64,000 nucleotides of DNA from an uncultured Verrucomicrobiales bacterium (GCA_938091905.1 CALKOM010000026.1:7338-71337), one strand, 5' to 3'. Positions 28,826-38,722 are shown, counted from the first letter of the stretch. Notes: a model not told the origin generated them from the sequence alone. Made by a program: numbers and translations.

Positions 28826-29241
28826 TCATCCTTTCTCGAGCTTTTGAATAACAAAGGACCGATGTAATTCCAGATGTTCCGTGAAGACATTCATCGGTGT
28901 ATGAAAGTCGCGTATAGCGTCATCAGGATCCTGCCTGAACGTTTCAGCACGTAGCCGCACTTCTGGTTCAATGCCGGCTCTGACGGCGGCGATCTTTGTT
29001 CCAATGGCATCTCCATTAAACACGGTCTCCGTGAGCATCTTCAAGCGGTTGAGGAATCGGTCTCCAGTGCTTTGAGGCGGCGGGCTTCGGCAACGTCCAT
29101 CTCCCCGTATTTGCGTTTCCATGCATAGAGGGTCGCCAAGCTGATATTGTGCTTGGCGCACAGTTCTTTGGTTGTCATCTCGGTACCTGATTCCCGGAGG
29201 ATGCCGATGATCTGTTCTTCGCTGAATCGCTTTCGTCCCAT
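28826..29241 (-). mobile_element. Solo IS3-family orfA remnant (frameshifted, no DDE orfB)
   Basis: MGRKRFSEEQIIGILRESGTEMTTKELCAKHNISLATLYAWKRKYGEMDVAEARRLKALE is a typical IS3 OrfA HTH plus leucine zipper. The zipper continues in another frame (NRLKMLTETV...). No integrase core follows. TGAACTAGAG... ending at 29282 on the minus strand is a possible terminus. Confidence 0.6.
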
Positions 29242-29735
29242 GAGGTCTGCGGATTGGATGTTACCACGCAGACTCTAGTTCAGGCCTGTCTGCTTTGAGG
29301 TAAGCAGATCACAATCAAGAAATGCCGAACGCCTGTGTTAACTTATACAAAAACTAACATTAAAATATTCTGGAGCCGCCTATTTAGTGTAATCATGCGC
29401 CAATGATACTTGAGTTAGAGCAACAAGACATTGATGAAGCTCTGAGTGATGAAGAGCTTGCGAATAAACTCCGCCGTAAACTGCTCAATTTGCAGATGAG
29501 ACACCCGGGAGCGCTGCTTGGAATGATAGCCAAGACCCTGAAAGGTATCGTTACATTGTTCTCGGTGCTGTCGACCGCCAGACGAAGAATATCTTCACCT
29601 TTACAAACTCATGATGGCGCTTGGTGTAAAAGCTCTCCGCGCCGAGAATCAAAGAGCGAATCGAAACCTCGCAGGGCATCGATCGTAGTGCTGGGCTGGA
29701 AGAAGTTAAGAATGATTTATGATGAATGCACCATG

Positions 29736-30488
29736 CTAGCGAATTGCCGAATAGTCAGTCGCCTTCATGTAGATCGATTCAGGTGATTTTGCCAATCGGC
29801 CAACGCCGGATTCTTTGGCTGCTTTCTTCCAAGCAGGATCGGCTCCGAATGCTTTCCAAGAAGCCTTGGCTGCATCACGGCTGTCGTATTTGAGAATATA
29901 GATCAGGGTGTCCTGTGAGTCAGGCCCGTCGGTGGGATGCCAATAGGCGACAGACTTCATGCCATGCGATGCGAAAATCTTGATTGTATGATCACGAAAC
30001 CGTGTGTCGAGTTTGCCTAACTTCCCCTCGGCTGCCTTGTAGATACGAAGCTCAAATACGTCATGTTCGTTTCCTTCATTGTTCTCCCAGTTGGGCGAAT
30101 AATCTGTGGTCTCCATAAAAACGGATTCCGGTCTTTTTGCTAAGATCTTGCCGTCCTTTTGAGATTCTTTTGCAGCCTTTTTCCAGGCAGGGTCAGCTCC
30201 AAACGCCTTGAATGAAGCTGCTGCCGCCTCCCGGCTCTTGTGTTTGAGGACGTAGATCAGTGTATTCTTCGACTTCTCCCCATCAGTCGGAACCCAGTAG
30301 CCAACAGACTCCATGCCGTGCTTCTTGAACAGTTTCACTGTGTGATCACGAAAGCGGGCATTGAGGGCGTCCAGCTTGCCTTCATTCGTGGTGTAAGTTC
30401 TCAGCTCGTAAACGTCTGCAACAGAAGGTTGTGCGAATGTCAAGATTCCGAATAGAGTGGCGGCGTAAAGTTTGATGAGGTTATTCAT
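29736..30488 (-). CDS. Tandem-NIPSNAP-domain protein with N-terminal signal peptide
   Basis: Two copies of the pattern YELR.Y....GKL..L..RFRDHT.K.F..HGM.SV.YW.PTDG......LIY.LK...R.AA..S.KAFGADPAWKKAAKES. The N-terminus is MNNLIKLYAATLFGILTFAQPSVA. Confidence 0.85.
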   Translation of the reverse strand: MNNLIKLYAATLFGILTFAQPSVADVYELRTYTTNEGKLDALNARFRDHTVKLFKKHGMESVGYWVPTDGEKSKNTLIYVLKHKSREAAAASFKAFGADPAWKKAAKESQKDGKILAKRPESVFMETTDYSPNWENNEGNEHDVFELRIYKAAEGKLGKLDTRFRDHTIKIFASHGMKSVAYWHPTDGPDSQDTLIYILKYDSRDAAKASWKAFGADPAWKKAAKESGVGRLAKSPESIYMKATDYSAIR

Positions 30489-30679
30489 GAGAGGATCCTT
30501 TCAGCTTTGGGGGGAGCCCGCACTCTCTAAATCAATCTGTTTTGTACTTTCCTGCTAGTCATCGCTTCGGAACCGATTTCAGTGAATGGCTAATGCAAGA
30601 GCGCTAAGCTCAAGAATCTGGACGAAGTCGTGCCAGACCGCTACGTTTCGAAGATGCCAGCCCTCATACAAACTGAATC

Positions 30680-31920
30680 ATGAAACGAGTTTTCAAGAGA
30701 ATCCTGCTCTTTCAGTCACTGATATCTATGGTGTTTTTCGCTCCGTTAGCCTTGTCAGCAGAGATCATGGCAGGCTTTGCCCATTTGGACATCACGCCAC
30801 CGACCGGTGGGCAGACAACAGGTTATAATAACGCACTGGTCACCGACGGCATTCACGATCCGACCTCGGCGCAGATGGTGGTTCTAGAAATTGACCAGTA
30901 ATTGGTTGCTATGGGGATTTGTGATTTGTGTATCTTCAACTCGCCATGGTTGCACGAGGAGGTCCGCGGCTTGAGTGACGATCATTTCTTGCTGGCCAAT
31001 ACACACACACTCATGCTGGCCCCAGTATGCAGCAGAATGATTTCCCTTCTGCCGAGAAACCTTGGCGCCGGACGGTTGAGGAACGCATTCTTGCTAGCCT
31101 CCGTAAGACACTGAATGAATTGTTTCCCGCTCACTTTGCGGCGTCTAGAGGAGAGCTTCAGTTGGGCTATAATCGTTTGGTTCGGCAGCCTGAAGGTCAT
31201 GCTCTCACACATTTCGAGAATCCCGAGCGCATCTCTTATGGCCCGGTCGACCCTACGGTGACCGTCACGCGGGCCAATGACGTTAGCGGAGCTGTGCGAC
31301 TCGTGCTGGTGTCCGACGCGTGTTATCTCGTGGTGTTGGGGCAGCGGAACTGCAAGATCTCAGCAGGTTTCCCGGGAGTCCTGCGCAATAGGATCGAGGG
31401 AAAATTAAGCAACGATACCAGATGCGTTTTTATCAAGGGCGGAGCGGGGGATATCAATCCATTGTTCCTTCCAAGATCGGATGATCCTCAAGATGACTTC
31501 GCGGACATGGAGGCAATGGGCGATCTGTTAACCGAGAAGGTCCTAGCTATTCTCGAGCGTATGGCAATTAAAGGAGGAGGAGCCGATAGCCTTGAAGTCC
31601 GTTCCAAGGTCATCGAGGTGGATCACCGCTTTATCGCGAAAGAGTCGGTAACATTGGGTGCCACCTCCATTCTCATCAATGGCGACATCAGTATCGTGAC
31701 GATGCCTGGAGAGCCGTTCCACCTATTCCAAGATTATCTCAGCGATCGGGCTGCGTTGCCGAATACCTTCTTCTTTGGCTACTGCGGTAATGAAGGCTAC
31801 CCGTGGCCCAGTTACGTTCCTGATGTTATGTCCGCAGCGCGGGGGGGCTACGGTGCGAGCGATACCACGCAAGCTGCCGTGGGAACCGGCGGGCGATTGC
31901 TAAACCTCGGAGTTTCCTAG
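30680..31920 (+). pseudogene. Ceramidase-like paralogue inactivated by an in-frame TAA and an (AC)n frameshift
   Basis: Reads MKRVF...AGFAHLDITPPTGGQTTGY...DGIHDPTSAQMVVLEIDQ, TAA at 30899-30901, then LVAMGICDL...LLAN. It then shifts frame inside ACACACACAC to THTHAGP.... It is collinear with the intact paralogue at 21183 (ITPPAGVPLAGY...ATHAHTGP). Confidence 0.7.
31001..31010. repeat. (AC)5 dinucleotide tract at the frameshift site
   Basis: Read directly. With (AC)4 the frame would read LLANTHTHAGP without interruption. Confidence 0.9.
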
Positions 31921-31985
31921 CTCTATCAAATGCGCGGCATGCTCAAAGTCACGCCGCAGCACCACATTGGTGACGACAACGAAAA

Positions 31986-33791
31986 ATGAATCCTCTAGTT
32001 AATCATCAGGTGTGGCTGCCGATCTTCTTTCTAGCGATCATACAGACTTCCGATGCTGCTGAAGTCGCCGATCACGTCTTCCTGAACGGAAAGATCGTCA
32101 TCGTGGACAAGGAAGAAACTGTTGTAACCGCGATGGCGGTTGCTGCCGGAAAGATTCTTTATGTCGGTGATGTTGCAAGTGCGCGTGCGTACAGAGGGGA
32201 GTCGACTCGGGTCTTTGATCTGGGAGGAAAGACTGTTCTCCCTGGGCTGATAGATTCCCACACTCATCCGGTGAGTGCGGCGATGATCGAGTTCGATCAT
32301 GAACTTCCCGAAATGCAATCGATCGCGGACGTTCTTGCCTACATCAGGGACCGGGCTGAGGTTCTGGGCGAGGGTAAGTGGATCGTGATCCAGCAGGTCT
32401 TTATTACGCGGCTTGAGGAGAAACGTTATCCGACGCGCGACGAACTGGATTCCGCGGCACCTAACAATCCGGTGGTTTTCCGAACCGGCCCCGATGCCTC
32501 GCTCAACTCGCGAGCACTCACCCATTTTAATATAGGCATTGAATCTAAGGATCCAGAGGGCTCCAAGATTGAACGTGATTCAGTTGGGAACCCAACGGGC
32601 ATACTGCGAGGGTGGAGCCGGATCGTCAAGATTCCTCACACTGCTTCAAGCTCTCCTCAGCAAGCCGATCGGCTCGCGCGGCTCCAGACGCTCTTCAGGG
32701 ATTATAACGCCACAGGCATCACCGGTATCATCGATCGTAACACGTCAACGGAAGGGATGGGTCTTTATCATGGTTTAGAGAGCTCCAAAGAACTGAATGT
32801 ACGGGTGGCGATGTCGCGTGCTGTTGGCAACAAAGAGAGTGCTGAAAGGATCCGTGAGCAGATTCGTGCGATTGGGCAAGAGCCTGCCAAAGCGACACCG
32901 ACTGCGATGTTGCGCACCGTTGGAATCAAGATGTTTCTCGATGGAGGTATGCTTACAGGCAGTGCCTACCTACGCAAACCTTGGGGTCCGAGCAAGGTTT
33001 ACAGTATTAGCGATCCCAATTACCGGGGATTGCGTTTCATTCCAAACGACAAACTCGAAGCCGCCGTGGATGAGTGCGCTGCGACTGGTCTTCAGTTCAC
33101 GGCTCACAGTGTGGGGGACGGCGCGGTGCACGCCCTGCTCGACACCTACGCAAGAGTGGCCAAGCAACGTCCTATCAAGCATACGAGGCCAAACATCACT
33201 CACTGCAATTTCATGAGTGCTGAGGCCATTCGACTCATGGCCAAGCTTGGGGTATCTGCTGATATCCAGCCAGCTTGGCTCTATCTCGATACACGCACTC
33301 TGGCCCAACACTTTGGCGAAGATCGGCTCACTTTTTTTCAGCCTCTCAAAGACATCTTCAAAGAAGGCGTGATCGCCGGTGGCGGGAGCGATCACATGCA
33401 GAAAATCGGCTCATTGCGTTCAATTAATCCATACCATCCTTTCCTCGGCATGTGGATCACCATCACGCGACGGGCTCGCGGCTACGAAGGCCAACTCCAT
33501 CCAGAACAAGCCCTCGATCGGATGCAGGCCTTGCGTTTCTATACGATCAACAATGCCTATCTCATGTTCCTTGAGGACCAAGTCGGCTCGATTGAAGTGG
33601 GCAAGTTTGCCGATTTCATCGTTCTGGATCGGGACTACCTCACGTGTCCAGTAGATGCCATCTGTAGGATCCAAGTGAACGAGACGTGGCTTGCTGGGCG
33701 TCAAGTTTACGCAAGAACAGCGACGGACCGATCACACGCAGTTCATGCTTCATGCCCAAACGAGAATCTTATTCTTGAACGTCCATTCTAA
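31986..33791 (+). CDS. Amidohydrolase-family (Amidohydro_3 type) metal-dependent hydrolase, secreted
   Basis: VLPGLIDSHTHP motif, FTAHSVGDGA and GGSDH blocks, and a signal peptide. Confidence 0.85.
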   Translation: MNPLVNHQVWLPIFFLAIIQTSDAAEVADHVFLNGKIVIVDKEETVVTAMAVAAGKILYVGDVASARAYRGESTRVFDLGGKTVLPGLIDSHTHPVSAAMIEFDHELPEMQSIADVLAYIRDRAEVLGEGKWIVIQQVFITRLEEKRYPTRDELDSAAPNNPVVFRTGPDASLNSRALTHFNIGIESKDPEGSKIERDSVGNPTGILRGWSRIVKIPHTASSSPQQADRLARLQTLFRDYNATGITGIIDRNTSTEGMGLYHGLESSKELNVRVAMSRAVGNKESAERIREQIRAIGQEPAKATPTAMLRTVGIKMFLDGGMLTGSAYLRKPWGPSKVYSISDPNYRGLRFIPNDKLEAAVDECAATGLQFTAHSVGDGAVHALLDTYARVAKQRPIKHTRPNITHCNFMSAEAIRLMAKLGVSADIQPAWLYLDTRTLAQHFGEDRLTFFQPLKDIFKEGVIAGGGSDHMQKIGSLRSINPYHPFLGMWITITRRARGYEGQLHPEQALDRMQALRFYTINNAYLMFLEDQVGSIEVGKFADFIVLDRDYLTCPVDAICRIQVNETWLAGRQVYARTATDRSHAVHASCPNENLILERPF

Positions 33792-33836
33792 TTCTGCTGT
33801 TGGTGCTGTCCCGGGCGCAGTTTGCACAGGATCGTT

Positions 33837-34619
33837 ATGAATAGAGTTCTCCTTCCAGCCACATGGGAATGGCACGTCGCTCGGGACTACGAAGCGGGCA
33901 GCGCGATTGCGGCGGAGAGGCTGCTATTGGCTTGGAGACGAAACCCTGAGTTGCTCCTCTGTGCCGCGACAGGAACAAGCCCAACGCGAGCCTACGGGTT
34001 GTTTGTTCAATTGATGCTGTCCGAAACCAAACGACGAACAGGTCTCCGAATATTGAAGCTCGACGAATGGGGCGGATTGCTACCGGATGATCCCGCAACG
34101 TGCGAAACGTATCTTCAAGAAAACCTGATCAAACCTCTGGAGATTAGCCCCGATCGTTACCTTGGTTTTCAAAGCGATACCTCATCGCCTAGCAAAGAGT
34201 GTACGCGAGTGAGCGCGTGGCTTGGGGCGAACGGGCCAATTGATGTCTGTGTGTTAGGTGTAGGCGTAAATGGCCACCTTGGTTTCAATGAGCCAAACGA
34301 TGCCCTCAACGCCGATTGTCACGTCGCGGAGTTGACGTCCGCATCGCTGTCTCATGCAATGTTATCTTCGACGAGTAGGCAGCCGAGTCATGGATTGACA
34401 GTGGGCATGCGGGACATTCTGGCGTCGCGCCTGGTTCTCCTGCTCGTCTTTGGCGAGGCAAAGGCCGAGCAATTGAAACGCCTCGTTACGGGAGGGCTGT
34501 CTACGAACTTTCCCGCATCTTTTCTCACGCTTCACCAGCAGGTCGTTTGTGTCTGTGATGAAGCCGCTGCCGCACGGTTGCCTGAGATTTCTCAATCGAT
34601 GGCGTCTGATGATCAGTGA
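33837..34619 (+). CDS. Glucosamine/galactosamine-6-phosphate isomerase-deaminase family protein (NagB/AgaI-like)
   Basis: AATGTSPTRAY, LDEWGGL and LGVGVNGHLGFNEP motifs. Start taken at ATG 33837. Confidence 0.75.
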   Translation: MNRVLLPATWEWHVARDYEAGSAIAAERLLLAWRRNPELLLCAATGTSPTRAYGLFVQLMLSETKRRTGLRILKLDEWGGLLPDDPATCETYLQENLIKPLEISPDRYLGFQSDTSSPSKECTRVSAWLGANGPIDVCVLGVGVNGHLGFNEPNDALNADCHVAELTSASLSHAMLSSTSRQPSHGLTVGMRDILASRLVLLLVFGEAKAEQLKRLVTGGLSTNFPASFLTLHQQVVCVCDEAAAARLPEISQSMASDDQ

Positions 34620-34855
34620 GTAGGTAGATTCGTCGCCATCGCTCTTCGACCATCGATACTTGTCGCCGTCTTGGCCGTGACCGGTCTCTCAGAGACGAAA
34701 AGCCTGTTTTTCGCGTTCTCCTGGACGAGAACCCGACTTGCTCCAAGATGAAAAATCAGGGGTTGAAGATGTAGTTTCAGTGATTCTCAAGAATTTTTGC
34801 GGAGTTGGGGGCTGCATCTCGCTTGGTGAAATAAGCAACCAGACCCTTGTTCATC

Positions 34856-36262
34856 ATGAAGATTCGCTTTCCCTTTATCATTGCCCTCCTAGTTTGCTCT
34901 GCCGGTGCCTTTGGCCTCGGCTGGGCGCTTAAACCGGAGTTCGGATCTGAGAACGCCGCTGCTAGCAGCCTGGGTTTATCAGGTCATGGTGCGCTAGCTC
35001 CAAGTAAGCGGAACAAATCGGAAGCGACTTTGGCTGCTGCCAAGGCGAACCCGACGATTGCCAAGTATCTCAACGGCGGTAAGGTCGCGAGCAACGACAT
35101 GACTTCGGCCATCAAGGCTATGATGAAGGAGAATGACCCGTTGAAGAAGAATACCATGTTCAGCGCTTTGCTGAACCAACTCACTCCTGAAAACGCCGAA
35201 GCAGCCTTCACGGCTCTACGTGAATCTCGCGGTCGAGGCGGGCGCGGCGGCTTCGGCCGTGGAGGCGGTGATGAAATGCGCCTCATGCTAAATGCCTGGG
35301 GCCGCATTGATGGCGAAAGTGCTGTCGCGAAGCTGACAGCTCTAGCAGATGCCGAACGTGAAGCGAACGGTGAGAATGGTCGTGGCGGAAGGGGTGGTCG
35401 CGATGGAGGAGGTGCTTTTGACATCTACAGTGCTCTCCAAGGCTGGGCGACGAACGATTCAGACGCCGCCTTGAGTTATGTTAATTCGCTAGAAAGCGAC
35501 GGCGAAGGCGATGATCGGCGGAAAAGCATGTATACGAGTGGCATCGTTCGTGGCCTCATGGCGAACAGCATGGACGAGGCAGTCAACTTCATCACAGCGC
35601 TTCCCGCAGATGAGGGCAACTCACGTGGACGCTACATGGAGAATGTCGCCGAGGAAATGTTAGATGATGGCGCAGTGACTGCCGCGAAGTGGGTCGATAC
35701 CCTGAAAGACCCCGATCTTAAGGAGGGTGCCATGGATCGCATAGCCGAGTCCTACGCACGGGAAGATCTCGACTCCGCAATCGCTTGGGTTGGCGAGCAT
35801 GCAAGCGAGGACTATGCCAGTCGAGCCGTGACCGAAGTTGCCGAACGCTGGGCGGAAAATGATCCCCAAGCTGTGATCGATTGGGCCTCAGACCTCCCTG
35901 AAGGCACGCAACAGCGGGTCTTCGAGGAAGCGCTCGACGAGTGGACTGAGAAGGATCCCTTGGCAGCCAGTGAGTATCTCACTCAGATGCCTGATTCTCC
36001 AGTTAAGGACTCCGCAGTCGAGGGCTTCGCCAAAGAGCTCTCGCGTGAGGACCCACAGTCTGCTGCTGCCTGGGCAGCAACCATTGGCAATGAAGAACTT
36101 CGGATCGACACCCTTCAGGACGTGGCTCGCGACTGGGTGCGCAATGATCGTGCTGCAGCAGAAGCCTGGTTGCCTGCCAGTGGCCTCAACGAAGAGGCTC
36201 AACAGAAGGTTCTGGAGGACCAAGGTCGTGGCGGATGGGGGCGTGGAGGCCGTGGGCGCTAA
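34856..36262 (+). CDS. Hypothetical secreted helical-repeat protein with three RGG boxes
   Basis: Signal peptide MKIRFPFIIALLVCSAGAFG. Repeated ~35-aa D..A..W units. RGG boxes: SRGRGGRGGFGRGGG, NGRGGRGGRDGGG and C-terminal QGRGGWGRGGRGR. Confidence 0.6.
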   Translation: MKIRFPFIIALLVCSAGAFGLGWALKPEFGSENAAASSLGLSGHGALAPSKRNKSEATLAAAKANPTIAKYLNGGKVASNDMTSAIKAMMKENDPLKKNTMFSALLNQLTPENAEAAFTALRESRGRGGRGGFGRGGGDEMRLMLNAWGRIDGESAVAKLTALADAEREANGENGRGGRGGRDGGGAFDIYSALQGWATNDSDAALSYVNSLESDGEGDDRRKSMYTSGIVRGLMANSMDEAVNFITALPADEGNSRGRYMENVAEEMLDDGAVTAAKWVDTLKDPDLKEGAMDRIAESYAREDLDSAIAWVGEHASEDYASRAVTEVAERWAENDPQAVIDWASDLPEGTQQRVFEEALDEWTEKDPLAASEYLTQMPDSPVKDSAVEGFAKELSREDPQSAAAWAATIGNEELRIDTLQDVARDWVRNDRAAAEAWLPASGLNEEAQQKVLEDQGRGGWGRGGRGR

Positions 36263-36515
36263 CAATCATTTCTCCTGTCATTCTTACTTCAACACCCTAA
36301 CAAACACTAGCATTCTTGAGGGGCTCTGATGACTCTCGGCTGAATTTGAATCGTGGTGGGCTCTTTTCAGCCAATCTGAGAGCGTTTCAAACTTTCTAGT
36401 TACACCTTTCATATGAGTTAGGTGTAGTGGCCTAACCAACGCATGTTCGAAGAATAGCCGGGATTCTGAATTCATGTTTTTTTTAGAATCCCGGCAACTT
36501 TTCAAAGCAATAATC

Positions 36516-37082
36516 ATGGTTTCGCTTACAGCGTCCTCATCTACGGTTAACCAGTCTCGATTCGAAGAGCTTTGGTCTGAGAACCAATCAGTGATTCGTC
36601 GTTATGTATGGTCATTACGACCGGGGTCCTGCGCGATCGAAGACATTTTGCAAGAAACTTCCATAGCCCTGTGGCGTAAGTTCGATGCTTACGATACCAC
36701 TCGACCCTTTGCGGCATGGGGCTGTCGATTTGCTTTGCTCCAAGTGCTTAAGCACAGACAGCGCTGTGCACGTGATCGGCTTGTCTTCGATTACGAGGAC
36801 GGGCAGATCGAGCGCACCATCGCTGATCACAGGCCAAACGGTGACATGGTCCGGGCCCGGCAGGATGCGCTGAAAAAGGCGCTAATGCTTCTAGATGAGT
36901 CGCAGCGCCAACTTATACATTGCCGCTACGATTCAAAAGAGACCATCCAAAGCATGGCAAAACGCCGGGCGACTTCCGTCCACAGACTCTATCATACCCT
37001 TGATTCAGTTCGTGCTACGCTGAAGAATTCTATCGACAAGGTCATGATTAGTGAGGGTTGGGAACGATCGGAATTCACCTAG
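36516..37082 (+). CDS. ECF-type RNA polymerase sigma-70 family factor
   Basis: Region 2 (IEDILQETSIALWRKFDAYD) and region 4 HTH (LDESQRQLIHCRYDSKETIQSMAKRRATSVHRLYHTL). The start could also be ATG 36474. Confidence 0.85.
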   Translation: MVSLTASSSTVNQSRFEELWSENQSVIRRYVWSLRPGSCAIEDILQETSIALWRKFDAYDTTRPFAAWGCRFALLQVLKHRQRCARDRLVFDYEDGQIERTIADHRPNGDMVRARQDALKKALMLLDESQRQLIHCRYDSKETIQSMAKRRATSVHRLYHTLDSVRATLKNSIDKVMISEGWERSEFT

Positions 37083-37126
37083 TTAGGCAATCGCTGCTGC
37101 CGACGCTTTGTAACCCGAAAATAACC

Positions 37127-38169
37127 ATGAAATTTCTCCATACACTTGTATTACTAGGCGTCACTGTTGCGGGCCTTGTGCACGCCATCGCCAACGATTG
37201 GCCACGCTTTCGTGGTCCAAACAGATCAGGCATCAATACGGAAGGCCTGATACCTCCGACCGAGTGGGATGCTTCCACGAACATGAAGTGGAAATCGATC
37301 TTCCAGGGCCAGGGCATGCTTGTCCCATCGTCGTTGGTGAGCATGTATACCTGATGTGTTGGATAGGTTTCGGAGTGGAGCGCAATAAGCCTGGTGACCA
37401 GAGTGATCTACGTCTGCACCTACTGCGCATTGACGGCAAAGACTGTAAAACCTTCTGGTTCGAGGCCGTCGAGCCTTCAATACCCGAAGAAGAGTATCGC
37501 GGTATGTTCACTCAACATGGCTATGCTACTCACACGCTCGTTTCCAGCGGCAAGAAGATCTTTGCGTTCTTTGGCAAGTCCGGTGTTGTAGCTTTTGACC
37601 TGAAGGGAAAGAGACTCTGGCAAACAAGCGTAGGAAAAGAGTTAGATTGCTGAGGCTGGGACTCCTCGCCCAGCCCCATTCTCTATAAGAATCTCGTCAT
37701 TGTTACTGCTTCTGTCGAAGACGAAGCGTTCGTGGCGCTGGATAAGAATACTGGCAAAGAAGTTTGGAAACAACAAGCTCAAGGCCTTGAGGGCACCTTG
37801 GGTATTCCTGCCATTGTCAAAACTGAGGATAGTGCTGACTTGGTTCATTCGGTTTACCAAGACTTCCATGCGCCAGTGCTCTGTCAGAATATGGCTGTCA
37901 GTCTCGCCACCGCTAGTCAACCGGCGCTGGATCGGCAGAGAGCTAGCTGTCTGCAGCGCTACAAGATCCATGTTAAAAGAGCGATCGGCGTGGTGCGAGA
38001 TCACTTTGTAGGCCTGGTCGCCGTCTCTGCCGAGCGATGGGAAGAGATCATGAATCGGGTAAGTCTAAGAATGCTTCGAGCGGCCTCCGTTGTTCGCGCA
38101 GGGAGATCATTCGAGCGACGAACACCCCGCCGTCTCCCGCGAGCTCAGCCCTACAAGCCCATTACTTGA
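37127..38169 (+). pseudogene. PQQ-like beta-propeller (BamB-family-like) secreted protein gene, multiply disrupted
   Basis: Reads MKFLHTLVLLGVTVAGLVHAIANDWPRFRGPNRSGI...NMKWK. The frame is then lost at the A3 run 37292-37294 and resumes IDLPGPGHACPIVVGEHVYL.... An in-frame TGA lies at 37651-37653 (ELDC*GWDSSPSPILYKNLVIV..ALDKNTGKEVW). The distal part is further degraded and the 3' end is approximate. Confidence 0.65.
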
Positions 38170-38233
38170 ACTAACCTTAACTTAACTCAGTGACATTGTG
38201 TTGTAACCCTGTGCAAACGCCTGCCGCTTCTTT

Positions 38234-38560
38234 ATGTTCCTCACGGCCACTTTGTCTGATGCGATCGGTCAGTATCTCTACACTTCAGGCGCGGAGTGTG
38301 CCATCGAGTCGCTCCTGACTTACCTTTGAAATGCTCGTCTTGTAGGTGGCGTTGTTTGATATGTGGCCGTGATGGTTCTCTTCGTCGCGGCATTCAAGCG
38401 CGGCGGATCACGGACCGTCCTCTATCCCATCTATGACAGCACCTTCATCTTCGCCGCCGCAATCGCTTGGATGGCTTAGGGCTCCCCGGTGCGCATAGTC
38501 AGCGTAGTGGATATACTCCTGTTAGTGATGGGTATGTGGTTGATGGGAAAGGGTTCTTGA
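38234..38560 (+). pseudogene. Small 4-TM DMT/SMR-like membrane protein gene with three in-frame stops
   Basis: A single frame reads MFLTATLSDAIGQYLYTSGAECAIESLLTYL, TGA, NARLVGGVV, TGA, YVAVMVLFVAAFKRGGSRTVLYPIYDSTFIFAAAIAWMA, TAG, GSPVRIVSVVDILLLVMGMWLMGKGS, stop. The family call is tentative. Confidence 0.4.
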
Positions 38561-38722
38561 GCCCATTCAGGAAGTGCTTCAGCTCCATCAGGTCTGTCAC
38601 CTCACGCGACTCCTATCCTTAGGAGTCACCTCCTGTTGAATCATCGAATTCGCGCCTCGCCTTCGTCGCAAGTAGGCATGGCCTGGTAAGATTCGTATTT
38701 CCGGACACGACTAGGTTCGCAG

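Noticed and set aside
29403-29786. A 127-aa ORF in the low-GC stretch next to the IS3 orfA stub.
   Set aside because: It has no recognisable motif, an Arg/Ser-rich low-complexity C-terminus, and overlaps the 3' end of the convergent NIPSNAP gene. It is probably not a gene.
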